From Flavobacterium sp. (GTDB lineage Bacteria; Bacteroidota; Bacteroidia; Flavobacteriales; Flavobacteriaceae), in contig JAYRXL010000059.1 in the NCBI GenBank assembly GCA_041917555.1, positions 132,504-196,503 on the forward strand: a DNA stretch of 64,000 bases. Reading direction: 5' to 3'. The first letter of the stretch is position 1, and each line of letters opens with the position of its first letter. Below are positions 29,661 to 39,357 of the stretch, one piece after another. The notes beneath the pieces are model-generated. The model was not told the DNA's origin. It was given only the letters and a program-made list of their open reading frames with translations, and did no database searches. Position numbers and translations under genes: made by a program.

Positions 29661-29689
29661 AAAAACTCCGGCTTTTGACCGGAGTTTTT
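29661..29689 (-). terminator. Intrinsic terminator after the S46 peptidase
   Basis: aaaaactccgg-cttttga-ccggagttttt. Confidence 0.85.
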
Positions 29690-29712
29690 AAGTAAAATCA
29701 TTATTGAAATGA

Positions 29713-31863
29713 TTATCTCACTAAAGTCATTTCATCTACGATATGTTTTGCACCGGAGAAATTTTCGATAACCCAAAGTACATAACGAATATCTACGTTA
29801 ATAGTACGTTGTAGGTTTTTATCAAAAATCACATCGCCGGCCATAGCTTCAATGTTACCATCAAAAGCCAAACCAATTAATTCCCCTTTACCATTCAATA
29901 CCGGAGAACCTGAGTTTCCACCGGTGATATCGTTGTCGGTTAAGAAATTAACATGTAATGAACCGTCTTTATCACCAAAACGTCCAAACTCTTTTTTAGC
30001 ATTCATCTCCAATACACGGGTTGGCAAATCAAATTCCTGATCTCCTTTTTTGTATTTTTTAACCTGACCCGCCAAGGTTGTATAATTATTAATGACAGCA
30101 TCGTTACGTTTGTCTGCAGGTAATGCACGTACTTTACCATAAGTTAAACGCAATGTTGAATTGGCATCAGGGTATTTAATCGTTGCAATTTTAGATTCAC
30201 GCAAACCTTCAACCAATAAACGGTAGGCCGCACTAAAATCGTTTTGCGCTTTGGCAATTTCATCCGATTTAGAAGCAAAATGAGTAAGCATATCGTTAGA
30301 TAATGCATATAGCGGATCGTTAGTTAAAAGCGCTTCATTTGGTAAATCCAAAAAGGCTTTGATACGATCTAAGGACGTGAAGATAGATAAATCAAAAGCG
30401 GCATTCACATATTTTGTGAAATCACCATTGTTTTCTTCTCCTATTTTTTTCACCATAGGAGCAATTGGATAACCCACTGATTTGGTGGAATACGTTTTCA
30501 ATTGTGCGGCTAAAATGTCTTTTTCTGCCGGAATGTGAAGTTCTTTAAACATTTCGGTAGCCATCTCCATAATTCCGGGTGCCATTTGCTGACGTTTAGC
30601 CGGATCTGCCTTAGCATAACTTTCTAATTGTTTGCCTAACCCGCGGGAAACGGTTGCAAAAGCTGTTGTTCTGAAAAGTTGTTGCATGTAATTATCATGT
30701 CTTGACTTTTCATTGGTTAAGGCATAGTAATTATTGATGGTTGAAATCACATTGCCATACTTCGCTTTATTTGCTTTTTTGTTGGCCCATTTATCAAATT
30801 TTGCTTCTTGGGCTGCCTTTGTTTTGGCTGTTCCAAATTTGGTTAAAGCGTCAATCATTCCTTGACGGTTTTTCCAATAATTGGCTGTAGAAGCATATTT
30901 TGAGGCATACACTAAATTAAGAGCTTCGTTCTGATCCATGTATTTTTTCATACCGTCCATTCCGGTTTTAGCACCTTCTACCCAAGCCGGATAAGCAAAT
31001 TTTACATTTTGCTCAATTCCGCCTGCAGGCATCCAACGGTTTGTTCTTCCGGGATAGCCTAAAATCATGGCAAAATCGTTTTCTTTTACACCGCCAATAT
31101 TAACCGGCAAATAGTGTTTTGGTTGTAACGGAACGTTATTTGGAGAATATTCTGCCGGGTTTCCATTAGCATCGGCATATACTCGGAACATCGAAAAATC
31201 GGCGGTATGGCGTGGCCATTCCCAGTTGTCGGTGTCACCACCAAATTTACCCAAACTTTCAGGAGGAGTTCCTACCAATCGAACATCTTTGTAATCTTGG
31301 TACACAAAATAGTAAAATTCATTTCCTTGGAAAAACGAACGAACTGCAACCGTATATTTTCCGCCACCGTTGTTTTCTTTTTCGATTAAGGCTACCTCAG
31401 CTGCTATAGCTTTTTCGCGTTCAGCTTCGGACATAGACGGATTTACTTTTGAAAGAATTCGCTTCGTACAATCATCCATACGCACAAAGAAACGTACAAA
31501 AAGACTGGATGGTTTTAATTCTTGTCCGCGGTTTGCAGCCCAATAGCCGTCTTTGAGGTAGTTTTTGTCGGCAGTAGATAATTCGGCAATTGCATCATAT
31601 CCACAGTGGTGATTGGTTAAGACTAAACCGTCTTTGGAGATCATTTCAGCAGTACACCCGCCGTTAAATTGCACAATAGCGTCTTTTAAACTGCTGTTGT
31701 TAATGCTGTAAATTTCTTCGGGAGTCAATTGCAGACCCATTTTTTGCATGTCGCGGTGATTCAGACGTTCGATAAACATCAGAAACCACATTCCTTCATC
31801 TGCTTTTACCGTAGTCGGAACTAAGGTTATTACAGCAATCAGGGATAGAATAATTTTTTTCAT
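29713..31863 (-). CDS. S46 family dipeptidyl peptidase (DPP7-like)
   Basis: DEGMW; TNHHCG; GGDTDNWEWPRHTADF; TGGNSGSP; LAFDGN. Confidence 0.93.
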   Translation of the reverse strand: MKKIILSLIAVITLVPTTVKADEGMWFLMFIERLNHRDMQKMGLQLTPEEIYSINNSSLKDAIVQFNGGCTAEMISKDGLVLTNHHCGYDAIAELSTADKNYLKDGYWAANRGQELKPSSLFVRFFVRMDDCTKRILSKVNPSMSEAEREKAIAAEVALIEKENNGGGKYTVAVRSFFQGNEFYYFVYQDYKDVRLVGTPPESLGKFGGDTDNWEWPRHTADFSMFRVYADANGNPAEYSPNNVPLQPKHYLPVNIGGVKENDFAMILGYPGRTNRWMPAGGIEQNVKFAYPAWVEGAKTGMDGMKKYMDQNEALNLVYASKYASTANYWKNRQGMIDALTKFGTAKTKAAQEAKFDKWANKKANKAKYGNVISTINNYYALTNEKSRHDNYMQQLFRTTAFATVSRGLGKQLESYAKADPAKRQQMAPGIMEMATEMFKELHIPAEKDILAAQLKTYSTKSVGYPIAPMVKKIGEENNGDFTKYVNAAFDLSIFTSLDRIKAFLDLPNEALLTNDPLYALSNDMLTHFASKSDEIAKAQNDFSAAYRLLVEGLRESKIATIKYPDANSTLRLTYGKVRALPADKRNDAVINNYTTLAGQVKKYKKGDQEFDLPTRVLEMNAKKEFGRFGDKDGSLHVNFLTDNDITGGNSGSPVLNGKGELIGLAFDGNIEAMAGDVIFDKNLQRTINVDIRYVLWVIENFSGAKHIVDEMTLVR

Positions 31864-31999
31864 TTTTGTTACTGATAAAGTTTTACTTATTTGAAGTTTG
31901 TCTTGATTGTTTAGATTTTGTTACAGAAAAATTACTGCTAACAAAACCGATGGCGAAGATACGCTATTGTATAAACAACTTGAAACGAAACTGTATAAA

Positions 32000-32023
32000 A
32001 AAACCTTTCCGAAGAAAGGTTTT
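32000..32023. terminator. Intrinsic terminator after the M43 peptidase
   Basis: aaaacctttc-cgaa-gaaaggtttt flanked by A and T tracts. Confidence 0.85.
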
Positions 32024-32043
32024 TTTTAATTGTATGATAGGAA

Positions 32044-33333
32044 TTATTTAATCACCACTTTTTTGGTTACCATTCCGCCTTCGGCACTGCGAATAGATAC
32101 GAAATAAACGCCAGAAAGAGCATTGTTATCCATTTTGATGGTTTGGCTAAGCGAACTGTTTTGATAGTATTCGTTATCAATAATTAAACGTCCGGTAGCA
32201 TCATAAATTTGGATGGTATAGTTATCAAGGGCTTCTTTTAACTCGATGGTAAAAGTACCGTTGTTTGGATTGGGAGATACCGTGAAATTATTTTCAACAA
32301 ACTCATTGTTGGCTAAGGCACTCATGTTCAACTGACTTGAAATTGCATTGTACCATGCTGTCATACGCGTAGCTTGCCCAGCTGTAAACATATACATACA
32401 GGCATCTTCCACATAGTCCATATAGTTCATGGTTAACTGGGTTGTACCACAATTTGTAGACACAGAACCGGGTGCATCGCATGTAAAGTAGGGCGTATCA
32501 GCTGAAGGCGTGTCACAAACACGGTCACCTGAAGTGGCACAGTTGGCACCATCACACGCTTCGAAAGTATGCCATAAATTAAAGAAGTGACCCAATTCAT
32601 GCGTTAGGGTACGACCCAAATTATAAGGAGCTCCGGGAACATAACCGGAACAAGTTGTTGGCGAAGTAGTCATTACTTTTCCAAATGCATTGTTATCAAT
32701 TACAACCGTCATCCCTCCAGATGGGGAACCTCCCAGCGGAGAATACCCTAAAATACCACCACTAATATTACGTACTACCAAGTTACAATAACCGGCCCAA
32801 GTGGTATCGGTATCCGCATTGGAAAGGAAGTCGGTTCCAAAAGTAACTGCCAGCGTACCATTAGATAAACCGGTTCCCGCCGGATGGTTTTGTGTTGCAA
32901 TGATAAACTGTACGTCCATATTACCTACATTAACACCAGGGTAATAAGAACTGGCTGCTGTCCACAACGATAAGTCGGTATTAGTAGCGTTATAATCGGC
33001 GTTAAGAATGTTTACCTGCGCTTGTGCCAAACTTCTCAAACACGATTTAACCGTTTCGGTACTACTATTTGCTACAGAAGGAAAGTGAACGGCAACCGGG
33101 ATACGGATTGTAGCATTTACGCTTTGTGCTTCATTCCCACTGCGATTTTGCATTTGTTGGGATACCAATCGTTCCAATTCTACTTGGAAACGGGCTTGTA
33201 ATTCTTCATAATTTTGTCTCGCAACCGGATCGGCTAACAAGCGTTGCATGTACTCATCAGTTCCACACGTTCTGTGTTCTTGAGCAAAACCTAGCTGCGC
33301 AATACATAAGGCTAAAAGTAGTCTTAATTTCAT
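32044..33333 (-). CDS. M43 (pappalysin-like) zinc metalloprotease with T9SS type A C-terminal domain
   Basis: HELGHFFNLWH; NYMDY Met-turn; SPNP...GVYFV...KKVVIK. Confidence 0.9.
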   Translation of the reverse strand: MKLRLLLALCIAQLGFAQEHRTCGTDEYMQRLLADPVARQNYEELQARFQVELERLVSQQMQNRSGNEAQSVNATIRIPVAVHFPSVANSSTETVKSCLRSLAQAQVNILNADYNATNTDLSLWTAASSYYPGVNVGNMDVQFIIATQNHPAGTGLSNGTLAVTFGTDFLSNADTDTTWAGYCNLVVRNISGGILGYSPLGGSPSGGMTVVIDNNAFGKVMTTSPTTCSGYVPGAPYNLGRTLTHELGHFFNLWHTFEACDGANCATSGDRVCDTPSADTPYFTCDAPGSVSTNCGTTQLTMNYMDYVEDACMYMFTAGQATRMTAWYNAISSQLNMSALANNEFVENNFTVSPNPNNGTFTIELKEALDNYTIQIYDATGRLIIDNEYYQNSSLSQTIKMDNNALSGVYFVSIRSAEGGMVTKKVVIK

Positions 33334-33443
33334 TTTTTTGAGTTAATTTATTAATATTAAGTTCTTTGGTTTAATTTAAAGTTCCCAAATGTATTGGTTT
33401 TTTTTTCTTTTCAAATACTTTTAACAAACAATTTATTAACAAC

Positions 33444-34445
33444 CTAATTGTTAAGCATTTGCCATAATTTGTCCTTCAATTCCTGAAGGCCTTGTTGGGC
33501 TACAGATGAAATAAACATATAGGCTGTTTTTTTGAATGCGGCATCCAATTCGGTTTTGAGTTCCGCTTGGAGTTCCTCATCCAGCATATCGCACTTGGAA
33601 ATTACTACAAGTCTGTCTTTTTGAAGCATCTCCGGATTATAGCGTTTTAACTCATCCAACAGAATATCGTATTCTTTTTTGATGTCATTGGCATCGGCCG
33701 GAATTAAAAACAACAACGTAGAATTGCGTTCAATATGCCTTAAAAAGTAATGTCCCAATCCTTTGCCTTCAGCTGCCCCTTCAATAATTCCTGGTATATC
33801 GGCCATTACAAACGATTGAAAATCACGGTAGGCCACAATCCCTAAATTAGGCTTTAAGGTAGTAAACGGATAATCGGCAATTTTAGGCTTTGCCGAAGTA
33901 AGCACCGACAAAAGTGTTGATTTTCCGGCATTGGGAAAACCTACCAAACCTACATCTGCAAGTACTTTGAGTTCTAAAATTACATCTTTTTCTTCAACGG
34001 GCATCCCCGGTTGAGCATACCGTGGCGTTTGGTTGGTTGCACTTCTAAAATGCCAGTTGCCCAAACCGCCTTTACCGCCACGAACCAAAATTTTTTGCTC
34101 GTCATGTTCGGTGATTTCAAAGAGCACTTCTTCGGTTTCCATGTCTTTTACTACAGTTCCTAATGGCACTTCGATGATTTTATCTTCACCGTCATGTCCG
34201 GTACTTCGGCTACTACCGCCATCACCACCGTGACCTGCTTTAACGTGTTTGGTAAACTTCAAATGAAAAAGCGTCCACAGGTTTTTGTTTCCTTTCAAAA
34301 TAACGTGTCCGCCGCGTCCGCCGTCACCTCCGTCGGGTCCGCCTTTTTCAATAAATTTTTCACGGTGAAGATGGGAAGACCCCTTCCCTCCTTTGCCCGA
34401 GGAAACATATATTTTAACGTAATCTACAAAATTACCTTCTGTCAT
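33444..34445 (-). CDS. obgE: GTPase ObgE
   Basis: [12 protein letters not shown]; GFPNAGKST; ADYPFTT; DIPG. Confidence 0.97.
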   Translation of the reverse strand: MTEGNFVDYVKIYVSSGKGGKGSSHLHREKFIEKGGPDGGDGGRGGHVILKGNKNLWTLFHLKFTKHVKAGHGGDGGSSRSTGHDGEDKIIEVPLGTVVKDMETEEVLFEITEHDEQKILVRGGKGGLGNWHFRSATNQTPRYAQPGMPVEEKDVILELKVLADVGLVGFPNAGKSTLLSVLTSAKPKIADYPFTTLKPNLGIVAYRDFQSFVMADIPGIIEGAAEGKGLGHYFLRHIERNSTLLFLIPADANDIKKEYDILLDELKRYNPEMLQKDRLVVISKCDMLDEELQAELKTELDAAFKKTAYMFISSVAQQGLQELKDKLWQMLNN

Positions 34446-34455
34446 TTTTTTACTT

Positions 34456-35733
34456 TTAATCGTCTTTTAATGCCTTAACTAAGACTTTATCAATTTTTAC
34501 CCCATCCATATCCATCACTTCAAACTCCAAGCGGTTCCAAATTAATTTTTGGCCCTGTTTCGGAATTACGCCCAGTTCAGTTACGATCAAACCGCTTACC
34601 GTAGTCACTTCATAATCGCCGGTTAGGTCATCCATATCAAAATAGGTCAAAAAATCGTGTAAAGAATAATGCCCGTCTACCAACCATGTTCCGTCTTCGC
34701 GCGCAACGATTTTGAATTCATCTTCATAAAAATCGGCTGCATCACCCACCAAGGCTTCCAAAATATCATTTAAGGTAATAATTCCCTGAAAAACGCCGTG
34801 TTCATCAATAACCAACGCATAATGCACTTTTGATTTTTTGAAATTCTCCAAAGCGCGATAAGCCGAGGTATGTTCAATAAAATAAACCGGTTCACGGGTT
34901 ATTTTTTTCAAATCAAAATTCCCGGTTTCAAACCCAACAAACAAGTCTTTCAAAAGCACCACCCCTTCCATTTCATCTAAATTTTCTGCACAAACCGGGT
35001 AAACCGAATGCAGTTCATCCAATACTTTATGCTTAATTTCTTCTGCGGTATCTTCATACGACAAATACACGATAGAATTGCGGTGTGTCATGAGGGAATT
35101 TACCTTACGGTCGCCAATATGAAACACCCGTTCCACGATATCTTGTTCAATTTCCTGAACTTCACCCACTTCTGTTCCTTCTTTGATGATGGCCTTAATT
35201 TCTTCTTCGGTCACTTTTCCGTCGGCAGTTGGTTTTATTTGAAAAACTTTCAAAAGGAAATCAGTCGAAGTCGTTAACAACCATATAAACGGCATTGTCA
35301 CTTTAGAGACAATTTTCATGGGAACGGCTACCGCTTTGGCGATTCCCTCCGGGTAATTAAGTCCGATTCTCTTGGGCAACAACTCCCCTAAAACCAGGGA
35401 GAAAAAAGTTAGTAATACCACAACAATCCCAACACCAATGCTTTCAGCATAGGGTTTTAAAGGCGCAAAACCGGCTACAAAATTTTGGACATCCTGGGTA
35501 ATTTTATCACCGGAATAAATACCGGTAAGAATTCCGATTAGGGTGATACCAATTTGCACTGTCGATAAAAACTCGTTAGGCGAATTGGCTAATTCGAGTG
35601 CTGCTTTAGCATTACTGTTTCCTTTTTTGGCTGCCGTTTCAAGTCGGTTTTTGCGCGCTGAAATCAAGGCAATTTCCGACATCGAAAAAACGCCGTTCAG
35701 AAGTATCAGAAAAAGTATTATTAAAAGTTCCAT
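34456..35733 (-). CDS. CNNM/DUF21-CBS-CorC hemolysin-family transporter
   Basis: [12 protein letters not shown]; [10 protein letters not shown]; GELLPK; CBS pair; CorC C-terminal domain. Confidence 0.92.
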   Translation of the reverse strand: MELLIILFLILLNGVFSMSEIALISARKNRLETAAKKGNSNAKAALELANSPNEFLSTVQIGITLIGILTGIYSGDKITQDVQNFVAGFAPLKPYAESIGVGIVVVLLTFFSLVLGELLPKRIGLNYPEGIAKAVAVPMKIVSKVTMPFIWLLTTSTDFLLKVFQIKPTADGKVTEEEIKAIIKEGTEVGEVQEIEQDIVERVFHIGDRKVNSLMTHRNSIVYLSYEDTAEEIKHKVLDELHSVYPVCAENLDEMEGVVLLKDLFVGFETGNFDLKKITREPVYFIEHTSAYRALENFKKSKVHYALVIDEHGVFQGIITLNDILEALVGDAADFYEDEFKIVAREDGTWLVDGHYSLHDFLTYFDMDDLTGDYEVTTVSGLIVTELGVIPKQGQKLIWNRLEFEVMDMDGVKIDKVLVKALKDD

Positions 35734-35743
35734 ATTTTTTTAT

Positions 35744-35781
35744 AAAAAAAAGAGCCCGCCTCGCAGGAGTCGGCCCTTTTT
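35744..35781 (-). terminator. Terminator-like hairpin directly upstream of the CNNM gene
   Basis: Minus strand aaagggccgactc-ctgc-gaggcgggctc followed by T8; imperfect stem. Confidence 0.55.
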
Positions 35782-35852
35782 ATTTTATCTTTCTGCTGCA
35801 AATATCAGCATTTTTTTTGAAAGTAAACCTAACTGTTTGCTTCTTAAACAAA

Positions 35853-36425
35853 TTACAGCGTATCCAACACTGCGCTCAAGCGCTCCGTTACTTCGGCTAC
35901 AGTACCAATTCCGTTTACCGCATAAAATTTCCCTTGCGCTTTGTAATAATCCATTAAAGGAGCTGTTTTTTCGTTGTATTCTTGGTAACGGTTTCTGATT
36001 TTTTCTTCATCCTGATCATCAGGTCTGCCCGATGTTTTTCCACGTTCCAGAAGTCGTTTTACTAAAATTTCATCATCCGCTTCTAAGGCCACTGTTGCAG
36101 TGATTTTTTGTCCTTTTGATTCTAAAAAAGCATCTAATGCCTCGGCTTGGGCAATCGTTCTCGGAAAACCGTCAAATAAAAATCCGGCCGAATGCGGGTT
36201 TTTGTCCACTTCACTCTGCAGCATCTGAATGGTAACTGCATCCGGCACCAAGTCACCTTTATCCATGTAGGTTTTGGCCAACATGCCCAGTTCGGTTTCA
36301 TTTTTAATATTGTACCTAAAAATATCACCGGTTGAAAGGTGCGTAAGGTTGTATTTTTCTTTTAAAAATTCAGCTTGAGTGCCTTTACCGGCTCCGGGTT
36401 TCCCGAAAAGAACAATGTTAATCAT
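35853..36425 (-). CDS. adk: Adenylate kinase
   Basis: GKPGAGKGTQ; HLSTGDIFR; DGFPRT; GRPDD. Confidence 0.97.
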   Translation of the reverse strand: MINIVLFGKPGAGKGTQAEFLKEKYNLTHLSTGDIFRYNIKNETELGMLAKTYMDKGDLVPDAVTIQMLQSEVDKNPHSAGFLFDGFPRTIAQAEALDAFLESKGQKITATVALEADDEILVKRLLERGKTSGRPDDQDEEKIRNRYQEYNEKTAPLMDYYKAQGKFYAVNGIGTVAEVTERLSAVLDTL

Positions 36426-36443
36426 TTTGTTGTATGAATTTAG

Positions 36444-36538
36444 AGATTGAAAGATTGAAAGATTGAAAGATTGAAAGATTGAACGTATATGCTGATTTAA
36501 AAAATTTTTAAATGTTTAAATCTTTTAAATCTTTAAAT
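36444..36538. repeat. (AGATTGAA)x5 tandem repeat with a degenerate inverted partner
   Basis: Five 8-mers at 36444-36483, then tttaaatc-type units. Confidence 0.85.
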
Positions 36539-36555
36539 GTTATAATTACAATACA

Positions 36556-37086
36556 CTATTGAGCTAACTGATATACATCGGGCAAATTTCGACCCAAACC
36601 ATCATAATCAAGGCCGTAACCTACAATAAACTTATTAGGTATGCGCATCCCGATATAGTCGATTTTTATGTCTTTCTTATACGCTTCGGGTTTGAAGAAA
36701 AGCGTAGCTATTTTAAGGTGCTTCACGTTTTGCTCTTTGAAAATGGCTTTAAGGGCTTCGATGGTATTTCCTGTATCAATGATATCTTCAACAATAACGA
36801 CAGTTCTTCCTTCGAGCGACTGACTCAGTCCGATTAGCGTACTAACGTCGCCGGTAGAAGTGGTTCCTTCATAGGAAGCTACTTTTACAAAATTAACTTC
36901 GCACATACCGCGGTAATGCTTCATTAAATCGGATACTGCCATAAATGCACCGTTTAAAACGCCTATAAAAACAGGAACCTCTTCAAAAAAATCATCATCC
37001 ATTTGTTTGGCCATGTTCTGTATAGCAAAATCAATTTCATCAGAAGAAATAAAAGGCTCAAATGTTTTGTCGTGTAAGTGTATCAT
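36556..37086 (-). CDS. hpt: Hypoxanthine phosphoribosyltransferase (start MIHLHDK)
   Basis: GVLNGAF; VEDIIDTGNT; FIVGYGLDY. Confidence 0.95.
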   Translation of the reverse strand: MIHLHDKTFEPFISSDEIDFAIQNMAKQMDDDFFEEVPVFIGVLNGAFMAVSDLMKHYRGMCEVNFVKVASYEGTTSTGDVSTLIGLSQSLEGRTVVIVEDIIDTGNTIEALKAIFKEQNVKHLKIATLFFKPEAYKKDIKIDYIGMRIPNKFIVGYGLDYDGLGRNLPDVYQLAQ

Positions 37087-37178
37087 TGTGTTGTGTTTGA
37101 AAGGTGCAAATTTACAGAAGAAAATACGATTCCGCATCTGCATTTTTGTATTTTTTGCAAAATAGGTATATTTACCCA

Positions 37179-37709
37179 ATGGAGTCATTCTTATACCATA
37201 GCATTTGCAATTCTACCGCACACCGAAAAAGTCGGGAAGAAAACCGCGATATAGTGCTGCAAAACCCACAGTATTTCAATACACTTTTTGAGACAGCTAT
37301 GGATGTAAAGGATAAAAATCACCATAAAGCCTGTTGGATTATGGAATTGGTTTGTGAACAACGCATTGATTTACTGAAGCCCTTTTTGGATAGTTATTGC
37401 GCTGCTGTTTCTTATTTCGAGGACGACCAATCCATACGTTCGCTTTCTAAAATAAATATGTTTTTGGCCTATGCCAACCCCACTTTATTGAACACAGAAC
37501 AAGAAAATAAAATAATTGAAACCTGTTTGGACTGGTTGATTCAGGAACAAAAAGTAGCCGCCAAAGCCTATTCTATTTATGCTTTGTATTATTTTGGAAA
37601 AAAACACGACTGGATTTATCCTGAGTTGCGTACCATTTTAACACAAGACTACCCCCACCACTCAGCGGCTTATAAAGCGGCCTCGAAACGCATTTTGAAG
37701 AAAATATAA
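37179..37709 (+). CDS. Hypothetical alpha-helical (HEAT/ARM-like) protein
   Basis: HHKACWIMELV; KVAAKAYSI; SAAYKAA; likely start MESFLY. Confidence 0.65.
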   Translation: MESFLYHSICNSTAHRKSREENRDIVLQNPQYFNTLFETAMDVKDKNHHKACWIMELVCEQRIDLLKPFLDSYCAAVSYFEDDQSIRSLSKINMFLAYANPTLLNTEQENKIIETCLDWLIQEQKVAAKAYSIYALYYFGKKHDWIYPELRTILTQDYPHHSAAYKAASKRILKKI

Positions 37710-39355
37710 TGGCATCATTAACCACTTACACCGAAACCTTAGGCGAAAAAAATGCACGCCATTTAATGCGAAGAGCAACTTATGGCAACTCGAGGACTTT
37801 GCTTGAAACGCTTTCACAAATGACACCTGAAAATGCATTTGTTCACCTTACTTCTTCTGTCGTCCAAACTGTAGAATTTCCATTTGACCCTTTGTCACTG
37901 GGAAGTCCGGATGGTTTTTGGGTAAATTCCAATCAAAATCCAATTACTTTTTCGGATCAACAACGAAAAACAAAAATTGTATCCGGATGGTGGTGGTACA
38001 ATGCGGTCAAAAGTGAAACCATGCATTATAAAATGATGCATTTTCTCTCAACTCGTTTTACTGTCTCAAAACAAAGTTTACTGCATTCAACAGACTTTTA
38101 TGATTATATAAAATTACTGAATCATTTTGCCTTGGGAAATTATAAAACCTTGGCCAAAAAGATGACTTTGAATAATGCTATGCTTTGTTATTTAAACAAT
38201 AATGAAAATACTAAAAATGCTCCTAACGAAAATTATGCCCGGGAGTTTATGGAACTCTTTACTATTGGTAAAGGCCCTCAAATTGGCATAGGCAATTATA
38301 CCAATTATACTGAATCTGATGTTGTCGAAGCAGCCAAAGTGCTTACCGGAATTAAAAACGATCCTTTACGCAATACTATTGATGCCGAAACGAGTATTCC
38401 ATGTGGCTATTTTACTCCTTCGGATCATAAAACAGATTCAAAAATATTTAGTGAAGCGTTTAATTATCATACAATTGCTGGATCTAATGATGCCGCAGGA
38501 ATGAACAATGAGTTAGACTCATTTATCAATATGCTTTTTGACAAAGTCGAAACAGCAAAACACTTATGCCGTAAATTATATTCGTATTTTGTAAGTACAA
38601 ATTTGACTGATGAAATTGAAACCGATATTATAATCCCACTTGCACAGGAACTGATAAACAACAATTATGAAATGTTTCCTGTTTTGAAAAAGTTGTTTAC
38701 AAGCGTTCATTTTTATGATTTGGACGATGCTTCTCAGGGTGATAAAATTATAGGCGGATTAATAAAATCTCCAATAGAAGTTATTTCAGATATTATTAGT
38801 ATTCTCAAATTTCCCATTCCAAATCCTATCATCAACCCTTATGAATATTATATCTTATTTTGGAATGATTTTATACATGAAACGTATCTAAACAATAGCG
38901 GAATGCTGCTCTTCGAACCGATTAATGTAGCCGGTCATACCGCTTATTACCAAGCTCCGGATTTTGATAAAAACTGGATATCTTCTTCAACACTTTTTTC
39001 AAGAATGATGGTAGGCGAATCAATAATAGCCGGTTCAAACCGACTAAATAACAATGAATTTGTTTATCCTGAACCCGATTTAGCAGCACTTTTTTCCACT
39101 AACTTTTTGGTAAGCGATGTAACCGATGCTTTTGTGTTGAGTGAGGAACTTTGTAGTGCATTCTTTGGGCAAAAACCATCCGAAGAACGTTATCTTTACT
39201 TCATGAACTCTTTTCTTTTACAAGGACAACCCCCCGGAGATTGGAGCTCTATATGGGGTTTTTACCTCGAAGCTAATTTTAGCTCTGTTGTTAATATCAG
39301 ACTAAAAATGCTCATTACTAATATTCTAAAATCGCCGGAAGCTCAAGTTCACTAA
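37709..39355 (+). CDS. DUF1800 family protein
   Basis: HLMRRATYG; AMLCYLNN..N...PNENYAREFMELFTIG; YTESDV..AAKVLTG. Confidence 0.92.
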   Translation: MASLTTYTETLGEKNARHLMRRATYGNSRTLLETLSQMTPENAFVHLTSSVVQTVEFPFDPLSLGSPDGFWVNSNQNPITFSDQQRKTKIVSGWWWYNAVKSETMHYKMMHFLSTRFTVSKQSLLHSTDFYDYIKLLNHFALGNYKTLAKKMTLNNAMLCYLNNNENTKNAPNENYAREFMELFTIGKGPQIGIGNYTNYTESDVVEAAKVLTGIKNDPLRNTIDAETSIPCGYFTPSDHKTDSKIFSEAFNYHTIAGSNDAAGMNNELDSFINMLFDKVETAKHLCRKLYSYFVSTNLTDEIETDIIIPLAQELINNNYEMFPVLKKLFTSVHFYDLDDASQGDKIIGGLIKSPIEVISDIISILKFPIPNPIINPYEYYILFWNDFIHETYLNNSGMLLFEPINVAGHTAYYQAPDFDKNWISSSTLFSRMMVGESIIAGSNRLNNNEFVYPEPDLAALFSTNFLVSDVTDAFVLSEELCSAFFGQKPSEERYLYFMNSFLLQGQPPGDWSSIWGFYLEANFSSVVNIRLKMLITNILKSPEAQVH

Positions 39356-39357
39356 TC

